A stretch of DNA of 60,925 nucleotides, the filler included, from Sluysia triapertura (Eukaryota): assembly GCA_046118255.1 (NCBI GenBank). It is 4 parts of 4 records of this genome, joined end to end, with 100 filler letters (N's around TTAATTAATTAA, not from the genome) between each part and the next. Parts side by side here need not be neighbours in the genome. Positions count along the whole stretch, not along the records: positions 13,359 to 36,107 come from JBJNIA010217362.1; 3 more parts are not named here. One strand, written 5' to 3'. This document shows positions 13,636-26,947 of this stretch, piece by piece (within the stretch, counting starts at the first letter, position 1; each line of letters opens with the position of its first letter). A model generated the notes under the pieces. That model was not told where the DNA came from. It was given only the letters and a program-made list of their open reading frames with translations, and ran no database searches. The position numbers and the translations under genes are program-made.

Positions 13636-15684
13636 GACGAGCCAACGATGCAATTAATTTCATGCAGAGCGCAAACAATATCGAATTCTACCTGGTAACA
13701 TCATCGAATATTGCAAATGACAAGCTGGTTGACAATTTCGGAGAAATCAAATACATACCAAGTAATAGATTTATATTCAACAACATTACAACTTATTCTA
13801 ATTATATTATATATTACATTATTTATTGTTATATTATTAAGTTAAAATTCAACTTGCTCGGATCAGTGGCGAACGAAATACAGTCGAGTACAACTCCAAT
13901 GGATGATTTTTTTACATTTGTGACTTAATATTATTAATAAATGTATATTATAAAACTTCTTACTGTTATAATTTAATTTCTTTTTTTAAAACAAATGTGG
14001 CAATCATAGATTTAATCCATTCTGACAATAACATAAATCAAAAAAGTATTAACGTAAATGACGAACAAAAGTTCAGCAAAGGCTTTTGTCAAACTAAGCA
14101 CAATATACATATAATTAATACACACTATGACAAAACTAAGGTCGAAAATTCAAATGTTGAATTAACTATCGATATTAAGACTTTAAATTCCAATAAAGAC
14201 ATGCATCTCAATATCTCAATAAGCAAGCAACTCTTCGTTGACCACCTTATAAGTAATTGGCTTATCCAAACGTACAAACAGCGTCAACCCTATTCTCTTT
14301 TAAATCAATCTAAACTCACAAAGCTTGCCACAACTTTAAAACATCTAAATTTTATACAAAACAAACTTACACAGCCCTCCATAAAAAGGTATACCGAATC
14401 CACCTCTATAGAATTGAATATGAAATAATTGCTATAAAAGAGGAAAATCTATAAATGAGTTTGAAATGTCTGTATAGTAGTTGTTTGAGAATAAGAAACT
14501 TAAACATTTTCCATCAGAAAATTGGTTGTGAAAAATCGAAAATTAAATTCTAAAAACTAAAATTAAATTCATTATTTTTTATGTATGTTATATGATGACT
14601 CATATTAAACTCATATTGATTATATTATTAACAATGATATTGATGTTTGAACAATAATATTGATGTTTTTGATGTTTGACTTTAAATTATAAATGATATT
14701 TTTGCAGTAAAATGATACATTTTATTTTATGAATTTTGTAAATTTTATTTTATGAATTGGAATGTAAATTTTATTGGAATATTGTAACGATCTAATTTTA
14801 TTACGTAAGAATTTTTTATTTATTTTTAATAATTTTTTATTAATTTTATTAGAATTGTAACTAACGTCGCTAATTTAATTTTAAAACTTATTAATTTTTA
14901 AAATTTTGTTTAAACATTTTAATTTAATATTTTGTTTTAAATACTTGTTTTAGTATTTAAACAGACATATTTTTAACATTCAACACAAGATTTTTAACGC
15001 AACACGAGAATTCTAAAAAATTTTGTTTTTAAACTCTCATTTCGAGAAAAATTTCATTCCAGTAGTTACCAAAAAGACTGATTATCTTTCTAATAAAGTG
15101 ACGTTAGTTTAATATTTTTAAGAACGATATATTATATATCACTAGTAAAATTTACTTAAATTTTATTAATAATACTTTAGATAATATAACGATCTTAAGA
15201 AAAATCATTGTATAAAATATATTTGATTATAACTAACTAGAGATAGTTAATGTAAATTTTATTACTATTATTAATAATATTTGTTCATTGTATTCCTTAT
15301 ACGAAAATAAAAGATTTTTTCTTTCTAATTTCTTATTCATAACTTACATAGTTTTAAAATCGATTAAAGTCATATATTTTAACAGTTTTCAAAAAGACTA
15401 GAATTAAATTCTAGTAAGTAAAATCTTACTTGCGATTCCGTATAAAGGAATCTTGCTTAAAATATACAATTAAATTTGAGTTATTGAAATTTTTTTATTT
15501 TTGCAATTCAAATTAAAATCTTCTAAAATAGCAAGAATAGAAAGGCACTCCATTAACTTACTGTTCTTTTAAATTATCTTATACAAATCAAATGGCTGGC
15601 CTTAGCAGGTAAGTCCAGTACGTTGGTGGACTCACATCCTAAACTTATTTTATTCAATTTGCGTTTACTTTTTCTCACAGTTAA

Positions 15685-16460
15685 CAATAATAATGATTGT
15701 TATTTAATGTGAGAAGTAATTTAAGTAAAAGTAGATTGAGAAGAGTAAAGGAAAATAATAGATAATTATAAGTCAATTTTTGTGTTTTGTATCTAATAAA
15801 GTTTGAGAGTGTGTACCATGCAAGTGTCAAAGTTAATGTTTTCGGTTAATTCTCAAAAAATGTTGCAGTGATTTGTATGAGAGAATGTTTAATCACAAAT
15901 TTGAGAATGATTGGACGATAAGAAAATATAAAAAGGAAATACTTAAAAATTCTACTTCACGACAACACAACAATAACAACAACAGTTAGTAATGCTAATG
16001 AAGAGATCCATGCTTTAAGTAATTGTGGAATTTATTTTTGTAATTAAAAATAAAATTATTTTTGGTGGATTTTATTAAAATAGTTTGTATTTTTGTGTTG
16101 TGTTGGAAAATTTATATTTGATAAGCGTGAATAATAGTTAACATTTATCTCAGTGTTGCGTCACTTCTGGTTTCTTGGGAAAGATTATTGTGTCCTTAAT
16201 ATTATTATAAAGATTATTGTTAATTTTGTGATTTGGTCGTTTTTATTATTGTTAAAATGGAAACTTAGAATAGCAATTTGTATTTGATTTTTTAATTACT
16301 AAATTATTGAGTTGGTGTTATTAATTTGATTTAGAAATGTAATATTTGGGTTAAATAAATATCATTGTTCAAATAAAAAAATTTATATTTGATTTGGTAA
16401 TTATTGGAATTGTTGAGATTCATTTAAGTAAATTAAATTGATATTTATTTATTGTTACTA
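15685..16460. repeat. Dispersed repeat family, unclassified TE; other copies about 39590-40040 and 40456-41690
   Basis: Shared blocks GATTGTTATTTAATGTGAGAAGTAATTTAAGTAAAA, AAGTCAA.TTTTTGTGTTTTGTA, GTACCATG.AA.TGTCAAAGTT and GTTGCGTCAC..CTGGTT. Boundaries approximate. Confidence 0.75.
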
Positions 16461-17084
16461 ATAATTTCAAAGACGCAAAACTATATTGTTCGAGTGTGCG
16501 TGCGTGCGTGGTGTTTTATTATTGATTTGTAGACTAAGGAGTGTGCGTAGTAAATTTAATATTGATTTTTATGTTACTAATTATAATATTATGTGTATAA
16601 TTATTATTATTATTAACTAGTTATTAAAATCTGTTGGATTTTTAATATTAATACCTTTTTAAGAAAATGTAACTATTATTACAATTATTAGTTCATTCCA
16701 AATTAACTTTATTTCCTTATAACATAATATACACGGAAAATATTTATAATTGTCTTTTATCTAGTAATTTCAGTAATCAGTAAAACTATTAAAGGCCCAA
16801 CAAAGCTTTAACTTTAAATTTATAACATTTTCATTCTTTCTTATTGTTGTCTTATTTGTATATCAATTTTTATATTTCATAATAAACTTTCATAATAAGT
16901 TTGCTTTTTTGATTAATTTTTGAAGATTAGTATTGAAAATTCGATAAATTTTAGATAAAAAAGATATTTAATTAATTTCCACAAGTTACGTTTATAAGAG
17001 AATCCTTTATATAAATAACTTTGTTGAATGAAGCCACAGAAGCTTTAAGAATTAAGAGAAAGTTTTGCATTGAATATTGTCATT

Positions 17085-17280
17085 TTAGTTACAGATACGC
17101 CAACTTCGTGCCATAAGTCGTATACTGTAAGCGGACTCTCCTAAATTTTATTTTGCCGTAAATGAAGAGTTATGAAAACTACAGCACTACTATGTTAATT
17201 TTACCTAATGACATGCTTTGAAATATTTTGTATATATATGAGAATCCATTAATAATGTAATTATCGGATTTCAAAATAGA
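17085..17280 (-). pseudogene. Second degenerate FLYWCH/WRKY-like zinc-finger fragment
   Basis: YIINGFSYIYKIFQSMSLGKI / CCSFHNSS / YGKIKF / LWHEVG across frameshifts; homologous to 5110-5310. Confidence 0.4.
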
Positions 17281-17827
17281 AACATTTTAAATAAAATTAC
17301 ATAAAATTGTATTAATTACAATATTTAAAAATATCTAAATATCTAGAGCATCCACGTGACAACTGAAGTAAGTCTAAAAACTCAAAACGTCTCAGAAATA
17401 CTCAGAACACCTTTAAATAACAGTGGTGTCCAAAAAATTAATAAGAAGATTATGATTATTAAGAATGATAAGGTGATTGATGGTATTATAGGGGTTCGAC
17501 TGAAAATTGTTTACATGTTTTTGGTATAACTTGTAATATTGGTCGGTAGTATTTTGACTAACATGTTCACTTATGGATTGGTTGAGATTGAACCAGCAAT
17601 TAATCTCGATAATTTCATAGTGGTAGTAACTCAACTGGATTTTAAATTTAAATCGCATAATAGACTAATGATTAGAATCATATTTTATGAACGAATATAT
17701 GTCATTACATTTAATAGATTTATTAATAATAGATTATCATAAAATGATTAAGAAAGGTGACTAGAGTTTATTTCAACTTTAATACTATTTATATTGATTC
17801 ATATTACCTAAAGTATTTGATGATCAA

Positions 17828-19369
17828 CTATTTTCGATTTGAATGTATGGGGGCAAATGGTGTTTGAAATGTTTTGTTGTTGTATATTAAAGAGTGTAGT
17901 ATGATATACAATGAGTTTGAGGGCGTTAAATAAAGAAAAGAAAATGGATGAAAGCCGATTTTGAACTTAAAAAAATTATGTTCGATTTTATTATTAGAAT
18001 GTAACCAGGTCTTGTAAATCAAGATATTACGTTTATGATTTACTTTGTGATATATTAAAGACCTGATCATCTTAAAAACATGTATGTTCTTGATACGAAT
18101 GATACTCTTATACAAACGTTTAGAATATTGTGACATAGGAGTATTAGCAATGTCGGTACTAACCCGCGTGCGTATGATTGTCGGATTATATAAGGTTTTT
18201 AAACACATAATCTTAATTCTACAACCTATGTAGGTCTTGTTAACACTAATTACGAACATAATTGATTTACTAATGTTTATGATTATAATAAAATATAACA
18301 TCGCACATTTATTATAGTTATCTCTTGATTTGATTTGATTAAAAATTAAGAGGTAGGAATAACAAGACATATAATTTATCAAAACTTTTATCAAAACGTC
18401 AATTTTAAATTTTGTAATATGTTTTATAAAATGTTCTTTATGGTTCTCCTTGTTCCATGTCTGGGTTCCACTGTTAGCACGTGTACTAAAATTATAAATA
18501 AATATATACAAGTGCAAGTTATAATAACCAAAACAAGTAAATTCTAATATTAAGATATTACCTTTACTGTTGATGACATAAAAACATCGATCCATAAATA
18601 CATCAGACCGTAGGAACGAATAACATTTTTGTAAAACACTAGAAATTTGCATTACGTTACTGTGCATATGATCATTAGGCAGCATCAAAAAAACTTTATT
18701 ACTAAATAAGAAGGTTACACTAAATGAACAATATCCACGCTTAACGAACTGCTCCTTGATCATCTCGCTAATAAATTCATGAATCTGCACTCCAATCAGC
18801 CCATTAGTATCTTCATGACATTGTACTTTAGACGTATTAGTAGTGTTGATATAAAAAACATTAAATGTATAATCCATACATCTGTAACATCTATCTTTAA
18901 TTACTTTACTAATATATCTCTCTAAATAGGTAATTGAATTATCTTGACAAACCTCGATTTTAAAATCTTCATGCGCATGAATGGGTAGTAATGAATGCTG
19001 TTGTATTGATTTTTGTCTTTCTGGAACAGTCGACTGATCAGAACAAGTAGGAAATAAATCATCTAAACTATTTATAACATTGGTTATATTGGTAACATCC
19101 ATAGCTTCAATGTTAACTTTATGTTGACTTAATATTTTGTCATGGAATGGATAGCTTGATCTAAATTGTACATTTGATGATGAATTTGGTAAATTTAAAT
19201 TCAAAGAGTAATCTACGATAAATGGATCATAAACATATATACGATTCTTCTGTACTTTAGCATCGGTTTTAAATGTACTAATATTATTTGCATTATATGA
19301 GTCTGAATTACGATGATCTGACATAAAATTACTTTGAACCGTTTTAATCAAATAATTTGCATTTTGCAT
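17828..19369 (-). CDS. Hypothetical 513-aa intronless ORF of unknown function
   Basis: 1542-nt ATG-to-stop ORF in very AT-rich DNA, where random ORFs are far shorter. No recognisable motif. Confidence 0.55.
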   Translation of the reverse strand: MQNANYLIKTVQSNFMSDHRNSDSYNANNISTFKTDAKVQKNRIYVYDPFIVDYSLNLNLPNSSSNVQFRSSYPFHDKILSQHKVNIEAMDVTNITNVINSLDDLFPTCSDQSTVPERQKSIQQHSLLPIHAHEDFKIEVCQDNSITYLERYISKVIKDRCYRCMDYTFNVFYINTTNTSKVQCHEDTNGLIGVQIHEFISEMIKEQFVKRGYCSFSVTFLFSNKVFLMLPNDHMHSNVMQISSVLQKCYSFLRSDVFMDRCFYVINSKGNILILEFTCFGYYNLHLYIFIYNFSTRANSGTQTWNKENHKEHFIKHITKFKIDVLIKVLINYMSCYSYLLIFNQIKSRDNYNKCAMLYFIIIINISKSIMFVISVNKTYIGCRIKIMCLKTLYNPTIIRTRVSTDIANTPMSQYSKRLYKSIIRIKNIHVFKMIRSLIYHKVNHKRNILIYKTWLHSNNKIEHNFFKFKIGFHPFSFLYLTPSNSLYIILHSLIYNNKTFQTPFAPIHSNRK

Positions 19370-21492
19370 AGTTTTGGTATGTATTAACAGTTTTGTTGAC
19401 GAATTTAATCGATAACTTTAATTGATAATTTTAATTGAACTGCAAGTATTAAATTTAACTGACAATAATTGCAAATGAAGTATACTTTTTTTGTGACTAC
19501 CAAAATTATTCAAATTAGACCAAATTGTGATTGAAAATTTTAATCGTAAATAAAATTGTGAATGTACCTAATTGTAAATGTAATTAGTAGTACAAATTTA
19601 AATTGAAGGAATAATGAAATTGTATGTATCCAATCAGAGCGTTGAGAAATCTGTATAAATTATTTTCAATTGTTGTGCTCTGATTGGATGTTATAAAATT
19701 GATTCATCATCATCAGTAGCGACGTGGAAGTGACAATGATGAATGAAATGTCACTACTGATGATGGTGACGACAATTTTGGTTTGTGTTATTAAAATAAT
19801 TAAAAATTTTGGTAAAATTAATAGTAACAATAATAATGATAATGATAACAATAATAAGATTAGTAATAATAATGACAATAATAATAAAATAACACAATAA
19901 TAAAAATGTAAATACATAAATTTCTTTAATTCTTTTACATGAACTGTTCTTTTTTAATTCTTTATATTCTAACATAAAAAATGATGTAAATAAGAAGAAC
20001 TAATGTACTGTGAAGTAACAACGAAGATTAAGTGAAAGGAGTATCATTTGTGGTTGTTACTTCACGGTATGATAATGAATTCCTTAAAAGTCTCTGAATT
20101 TGTTTTGAAGATGTGAAATAGTTGAATTGTTGATGAAATGAAGAGTGTTAAAATAATTTATTAAGATTTATTGAAATTTTGTAAATTGAAAACAGGGTCT
20201 ATGCATTAGATTTGAAATGTTTGTTAAAAGGTTTGAGTTTAAAATGCTTGTTAAAAAGGTTGAAGTTAATTTGATTTTAAGTGATGATTGCGACATAAAT
20301 TTATATATTATGATGTTGTTACAAATGATTGAAGATGATGAGTATGGTTGTGTGAAGTGGGTTTAGACCGTTGTTGTTGATTATAGTTTTAGGTGAGATG
20401 ATCTATGTTTCTGAAATGTTTATTGGCATTATTTAAATGTTATTGTGTTAATGATTTATGAGGTTTATGTTGTGATTGTGACTTGTTTGATGAAGTGTTT
20501 AATGAGTAAATGTTATGAATTGTTTGGACTGGATGTAAAAGTTTATTGAGTTGGAAATGTTTGAGATATAGATTGATTTGTTGTTGAATGTAAGTTGGTG
20601 AGGTGTTGTGATTGTGAATTATTATTTTATGAGATGTGTAATGTTAAAATTCTGAATTAATGGATATGATTGTTAGGAAAATTGTATTTTAATGAGATTA
20701 GTTTTACAACTGTTGTATTTAAATTTTACGTTATAAATGTTGACCACTACAATATCATTTTAAAAACATTTTCCTAATTGTTTTTTCATTTTAATTCTTT
20801 GTAAAGACACCATTTATTGTTAAAAATCATTTAAAAAATTAATTACCAATTAATTAATTAATTAATTTTATCGATCATAAATAATCTGAAATCTTTCTCG
20901 ACAAACAATTATCGACAATATTTAAGAGATGTATCCTTTCCAAACTGATATTTCTTTATTTATTTTAAATTACTGACAATAAAATTTAATCTATAATTCA
21001 TGAAATTCTTTAGAATCGACACAACGTTTCAATCAACCCTTTAACAATCATTCTTGCTTTATTTGACTGTATATTACAAACGATCGTAAATTATCAAATA
21101 TTGATTCTTGTCTGATTTTCCGAAGTAGAACAAGCTTCAATCAACAGGGTTAGGTTTCAGTAAAGGACTTACGACGTAGAGTGAGCATTTTTATTGCAAA
21201 AATTCGACTTTTGTAAAAGTTAAGTTACGTTTGAAAATTAATGAAGGGTTTTGTGCTTACATCTTAAATTATACAGTCTAAAACAATCTAATCTTAATTT
21301 ATCCTAATTAAATGCTCTTATAATTTTGCAAAAATATCACTATTAACACAATACTAAATAAAATTAATAATGTATAATAATAAAATGTCATAATGACACT
21401 TTAAAATATTTAAAACCATCAAAATATTAATTAAAATCATATTAAACATTTTAAAACATTAATTTTATTAATTTTTAAAATTACTTAAAAAA

Positions 21493-21606
21493 CAATTATT
21501 TTTCCAAAAAAGAAAATAAAATTTCTAAAAATAAAATAGAAGCTTCTAGAATATTTTAGAACATTCCATCGATTTTCGTTGAATGATGACTAGTATGTAA
21601 ACTAGC
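21493..21606 (+). repeat. LTR-like dispersed repeat, copy 2
   Basis: AATAGAAGCTTCTAGAATATTTTAGAACATTCCATCGATT...TGATGACTAGTATGTAAACTAG matches the reverse complement of 26831-26947. Confidence 0.65.
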
Positions 21607-22070
21607 ATCAATACAATGAAAATCGCCATTTTATCGTCGCCAATTTGGAAATTACAAATTCGTTAAGATAATTGTGAATTTAGTAACTGTCACAATTTTG
21701 GACCTTATCAATTTTGGTAATTTATATATTTTTAAGGGCGATTTAACTTTTGAAGTTAAAATCATAAATTACACTTAAAATTCGTATTAATTTATAAACT
21801 TAATATAAACTTCATGATATATTGAGGGGTAAATTCTAAGTAAATTTTATTAGCACTAAATTAAACGCTCATAGAGCTTTAATCTTTAAATTGTTTATTT
21901 TATTCTTACAATCTATGATTTTTTTGTGTTCTTAAGCTATTTGAAATTGGTATAGATAATGAATGAAATCGCAGATTGAGAAATAAAATAAGGTTTATTT
22001 GTTAAAGAAAGCTTATCGTATGTAGGTTAACAAAAGGTCAGTAAATTTAATTAGATAATTTTAGAAATAA

Positions 22071-22520
22071 TAATGATAATAATAACAATAATATATTAAT
22101 TTATATTGCACTCATATCTACTACAAAGTAAGTACTCAAAAGTGCTTAAAATAAATCATTCACTATAATATTTCTGAAACAGAAAGAACTTTGCCTTTTT
22201 CTTAAATATTTCATAATCATCCAATAATTTGACATTCTCTGGTAATTTGTTGTTTATTTTTGAAACATAAATATTGTGTTTCATAAATAAATAAACATAA
22301 ATATCACCGACCATAGTTTCACTGAGGATTCTGTATTGATTATTATGTGTCAATGAAATATTCATCTTGGTTTCCAAATATTTTATTATTTCTAAAAGAT
22401 ATTCAGGTCTTCCGTAATGTAAACATTTGTAAATTATTGTCATTATTTTGAATTCTATTCTTGTTTTTATTGACAACCAATGTAATTGCTTAAGATAAGG
22501 TGTTACTAGAGATCTTGCTA
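22071..22520 (-). mobile_element. L2/CR1-group LINE, 5'-truncated (ORF2 C-terminus plus 3' tail)
   Basis: VTPYLKQLHWLSIKTRIEFKIMTIIYKCLHYGRPEYL...NKLPENVK...FKKKAKFFLF matches the L2 ORF2 end (HITPxLxxLHWLP..RIxFK...KxL.GxAPxYL). It is followed by an L2-like 3' end TAAGCACTTTTGAG...GTGCAATATAAAT and a (TAT)n tail. Confidence 0.85.
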
Positions 22521-22925
22521 TTTCATTAATTATTAATTGTTATTTTTTCATTTTTCTTTCTGAAATTCAGTAACATATACCATTATTAAAAGCCACTAGA
22601 TAGTCATCCCGATGTGAAAGAATTAATTTATAATTGGTTTAGCTGAAAAATAAACAATAAACAATAATTTCAATATAGTTTTTTTATTTATTGTGAAACA
22701 GCGTATAAATTTGCATTCATATTTCAAATTAATAATTTATCATATGTTATTTCGTAAAATAATTTTACTTTCTACCGTAATATATTTTACATTTTTATTT
22801 TTGTAATTGTAAAAATTAAAACATATTAATATTTATTTAAACCTTGCTAAATAGTAATAATAAAAAATTAATAATAATGATAATAACAATAAATTTTAAC
22901 AAATGATCTCTTATTCTGTTTTCAG

Positions 22926-23619
22926 AACTCACAGATATATCTTGTTTGGAAGACATTCAATGTGAAAGTATCATTCCAGATAGTATCTGTCATCCTGGGG
23001 CTAGTTCTTGTACATGTCCAGCTGGATATTCATTTTTAAAAGAAATAAATGCTTGTAGTACGTTATTTATATTTATTAATTATCGATATTAAAATTTTAT
23101 TTCTTTTCGTTTCAATTTTATTAATATAAAATAATATAAAACAAAATTCGATTAGTTAGTGTAAATTAATCTAAAATTGAATATTAAAAGACTATAGACA
23201 TAATGTGCTATCTGTCATCTACATAAATCTAATTGACGTCTTTAGTCGATATGATTGTATTTAATCAAATATTTTTCTTTTAAAAACAAAATATCTTATT
23301 TTAAATATCTTTTATTGAATTATTCTTGTTAAATTTTATATTTTAATGTTATATTGTTTATGTTGGACAATCATTAATTTCTAGTAATATGTTACATAAA
23401 AATTGAGATAATGATGTATTGAATAAATACGTTTAATGAAAACATTAACTTTGTTTATTTTAATGGATCCAATTCATTACAAAGTGATATAATTAGTTCT
23501 AAAATGAAATACAAACACTCTGTCTTATATATAAATAAATTATTTATTATGCAGAAAAGCATAATAATTCTTCAGCTGTGAAAACAACTGTTGAAAATAG
23601 TACAAATGAAATAATTTAA
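22926..23619 (+). CDS. Small EB-module/EGF-like cysteine-rich protein, last two exons
   Basis: Phase 1-1 exon 22926-23057 (TTTCAG| ... |GTACGT) encodes LTDISCLEDIQCESIIPDSICHPGASSCTCPAGYSFLKEINAC (6 Cys). It joins in frame to exon 23555-23619, KKHNNSSAVKTTVENSTNEII*. First exon not established. Confidence 0.7.
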
Positions 23620-23881
23620 ACTAAATTTATCTATAAAAATCAATAACTTTATTTTGTGTGAAAAATTAATGATGAATTTTTATTTACTCTAAGATATTTA
23701 TCTTTAGTTTGCTACTTTTATAATTCATAAATAATTTATGATTTGTATTAATACATGAAATAAGTTTAAAGAGAATGATTGATACGAACTCTTCAAAAGC
23801 CATAATAAAATTTCAATAAAACTCAATCGTTTTGCATTAATGAGACCAATTATTTTTCGTTTTTTTGATGCAAATAATGAA

Positions 23882-23917
<36 letters not shown>

Positions 23918-25866
23918 TCCACAAAATTATTTATTTCTTAATATTATATAAACAGAAAAATAGTTTTTGTTGATTTAAATTAAATTTTGTTTATTTAATT
24001 AAAATTTGTAAACAAATTTATTTATTTTAATGAATTTATAACAAAAGATTGTTTAGTTAAAGTTTTGTTTTGTAATTTTATTTTGAATTTATATTCGAAA
24101 CAATAATAATTATAATATACTAATTTTTATATCTCAATAATAATAATAATAATAAAAGTACGTCATTCGTCATAATCTAGCTGACTAATTTTACAGTAAT
24201 TTTATCTTCGTCTTTAAAATTATTTTTGTTTGTTTAGCCCATCCGTTTTTATTGTACTTCAATGGTAAATGTTTTCCGAAACTTAAGATAATTCATAATC
24301 AAAAATACGTAATTCAGTTTTCGATTCGTTTATAATTTCTTTGATTCAACAACTTAACTCGAATAAGTTTAAACCAAATGTGCATCTTAAGCATTCTCAT
24401 CTACCACCTACTAAAAATAGCCATTCATCTCCCTAAGAATGATTAGTTCAACTATTTTATTTCCAGAATCATCACAAATATTACAATGTTTAATAATAAA
24501 GAAACAATTTTAATTGCAACACATTTAATACTCTTCTTGTTGTTTACACAAAACGTTATGCCACATTTAGTTTAAGTGATTTAAAAATTTTTCAAACCAT
24601 CGCAGCTCCAAATTTAAGCCAAATATCAAATTACTGTTTATTACGATTTTCTCATTAAAATTAACTAACATTGACATATGATCAATTATTGACGAGTTAG
24701 CTAACTGTTTCGTTTTAGACAATGATCAACTAATGCAAACATTTTATCAATTAATTTTCGAATTAAACATTGCAAAAGCAAGTACTTCAATAATTTGTTT
24801 TATTTCTGTACATTTCTAGAAAAAATATTAATTAGTTATAGTAATATTTCCGAAAATAAATAATTTGATGAATCTTTGAAATGAAATACAAAAAAAGAAA
24901 CTTGTTATTGCTCGAAAATAACAAAGTTGTGTCATCAGTGAGAGATTGATACATAATTTATAATTTACTTGGTTCATGAATAGTTATTATTAATCTGCAT
25001 CACTTCAGCCGGCAGTAATACTATTCAGCTAAAAATAGCATTCTGAAGTGAATTAAACACAGTAATAATAACATTGCAAAATTCTGACAGACACATTGCC
25101 GATTGTTTAAGATTGGCTGTAATTAAGAATATGTTCTCCCATATAAAAAAGAAATAATAATATTAATAATAATAATGTTGTAGTACTGATTTTCAATAAT
25201 AAAATCAATGAACCCTGAAAAGTTTCTAATATATCTTTAAAAATGATTTTTAGTATAGTTTACGAACAATATTTCTAAAAGTATTAAAAACTTATTAATA
25301 AATAAACTAACGAAAAACAGATTTAAATGTCTGATTAAGATTATCTTCACGAACTTCTAATAACTGTAAACGAGAATTATGTTGAAACTATATTTAAACA
25401 ATTGTGTTTTTTGTGTTAAATTAATCAACTATTTATCCAGGTTTTAGTTGTCCTTGAGCTTTTAAAAATTTAATTAATTTAAACAAATTTTAATCTTTTT
25501 AAATAAATATTTTAATCTGATTAAATGAGACACATTAATTTAATTTGATTAAATTTTAAATAAGATACATTAAATACTTACATAAATCAATAATAGATCA
25601 ATTAATTAATATCCAACACAAATAAATAGCACAAATAATATGAAACAGTGTTGGCAAATAATTATAAATAACAGTTATAAATAGCAACAATTATACAATA
25701 CAGTTTTTTACAATATTCTGGTAGCAAGTTTAAATTGTATTTAACTTATAATTTATTTTATTTTCACTGTGTATTCTGTATAAATTGTTGTTAAATCTTA
25801 ATAACATTCATATTGGTTTTAACATTTTTTATTATTTCCATTAAATGTTCATTTTGAATTCTACTC

Positions 25867-26115
25867 CTGCTTTTGTCTTTTGTCGATAATATATTGTGTA
25901 TTTGCGATCTTTTTACTGACAAATTATTCTTTTTTGTTATTGTTATTTTTTGTATGAAATTGAGTACAAAATATCATTATTAAAATATCAATAACTGCTT
26001 TTGTCAATAACGTGTATTTGCGATCTTTTTACTGAAAAGTTATTCTTTTTGAGTAATTAAATAACAATTGTTATTTTTTGTATGAAATTGAGTACAAAAT
26101 ATCATTATTAAAATC
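25867..26115. repeat. Direct tandem duplication of about 125 bp
   Basis: CTGCTTTTGTC...GTGTATTTGCGATCTTTTTACTGA...TGTATGAAATTGAGTACAAAATATCATTATTAAAAT occurs twice in succession. Confidence 0.9.
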
Positions 26116-26830
26116 TATATTATTAGTAATCACTTAATAATAAAATTTGTAATAATTTAATTATTATTTAATTGTATTATTGATCGCGTCGTCGGTTAAT
26201 GATTATAATAATTTAATATTATATGTATAATATGATGAATTAGAGTGTGGGAAGTTTTTGTTGATATCGTAAATTTATAATTGTTTATTTAATTGTTTAT
26301 TTAATAATCATTATTATTTCTGCGGTTTTTCTAATACTTAACCTACAGCAAATTATTTTTGAGCGGGATCCAGTTTCAGTAAAGAAGGCGATCCTAATAG
26401 CAATATTCCTTCATGATGATCTAATTAAATGCTTAATTAATAATTTAGAAAAACTTCGTATTAAAAGTTATTTAATTAAATAAAGACAACATAGTCACTT
26501 TATTGCACAAAAATACTTATACTTTATAATAATAAGATTAAGACAAAATATAAAAAGATAATATTTTAAAAATTATATCTCCCAGAGCGTTTAACTTTAC
26601 AGCGATAATATATTACTTCTCAGTGTGTCGGGTACTAATAATTAAAATAAATGAGATTTTAAGTGGATTTTATTTCAAATAATATATGGAATTCCAGACT
26701 AATCTTGAATTGAATATATTGTTAATTGTGAACATATTACTAAAAATTCCACAAAACTTCCAAAGAAATCAAAATGATGATGTTGCAAAATTTTTATGTA
26801 AAAATCGTACAAAAATTAAAAATTAATCAT

Positions 26831-26947
26831 ATACTAGTTTATATATTAGTCATCAGCCAATAGGAATCGATGGAATATTCAAGAGCATTCTAGAAGCTTC
26901 TATTCTATATTTAGAAGAGAATTTTCTTTTTCGAAAAAAAATAATTT
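26831..26947 (-). repeat. LTR-like dispersed repeat, copy 3 (inverted)
   Basis: Reverse complement aligns with 21493-21606 and contains ATTGGC (CCAAT box) and TATATAAA. Confidence 0.65.
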
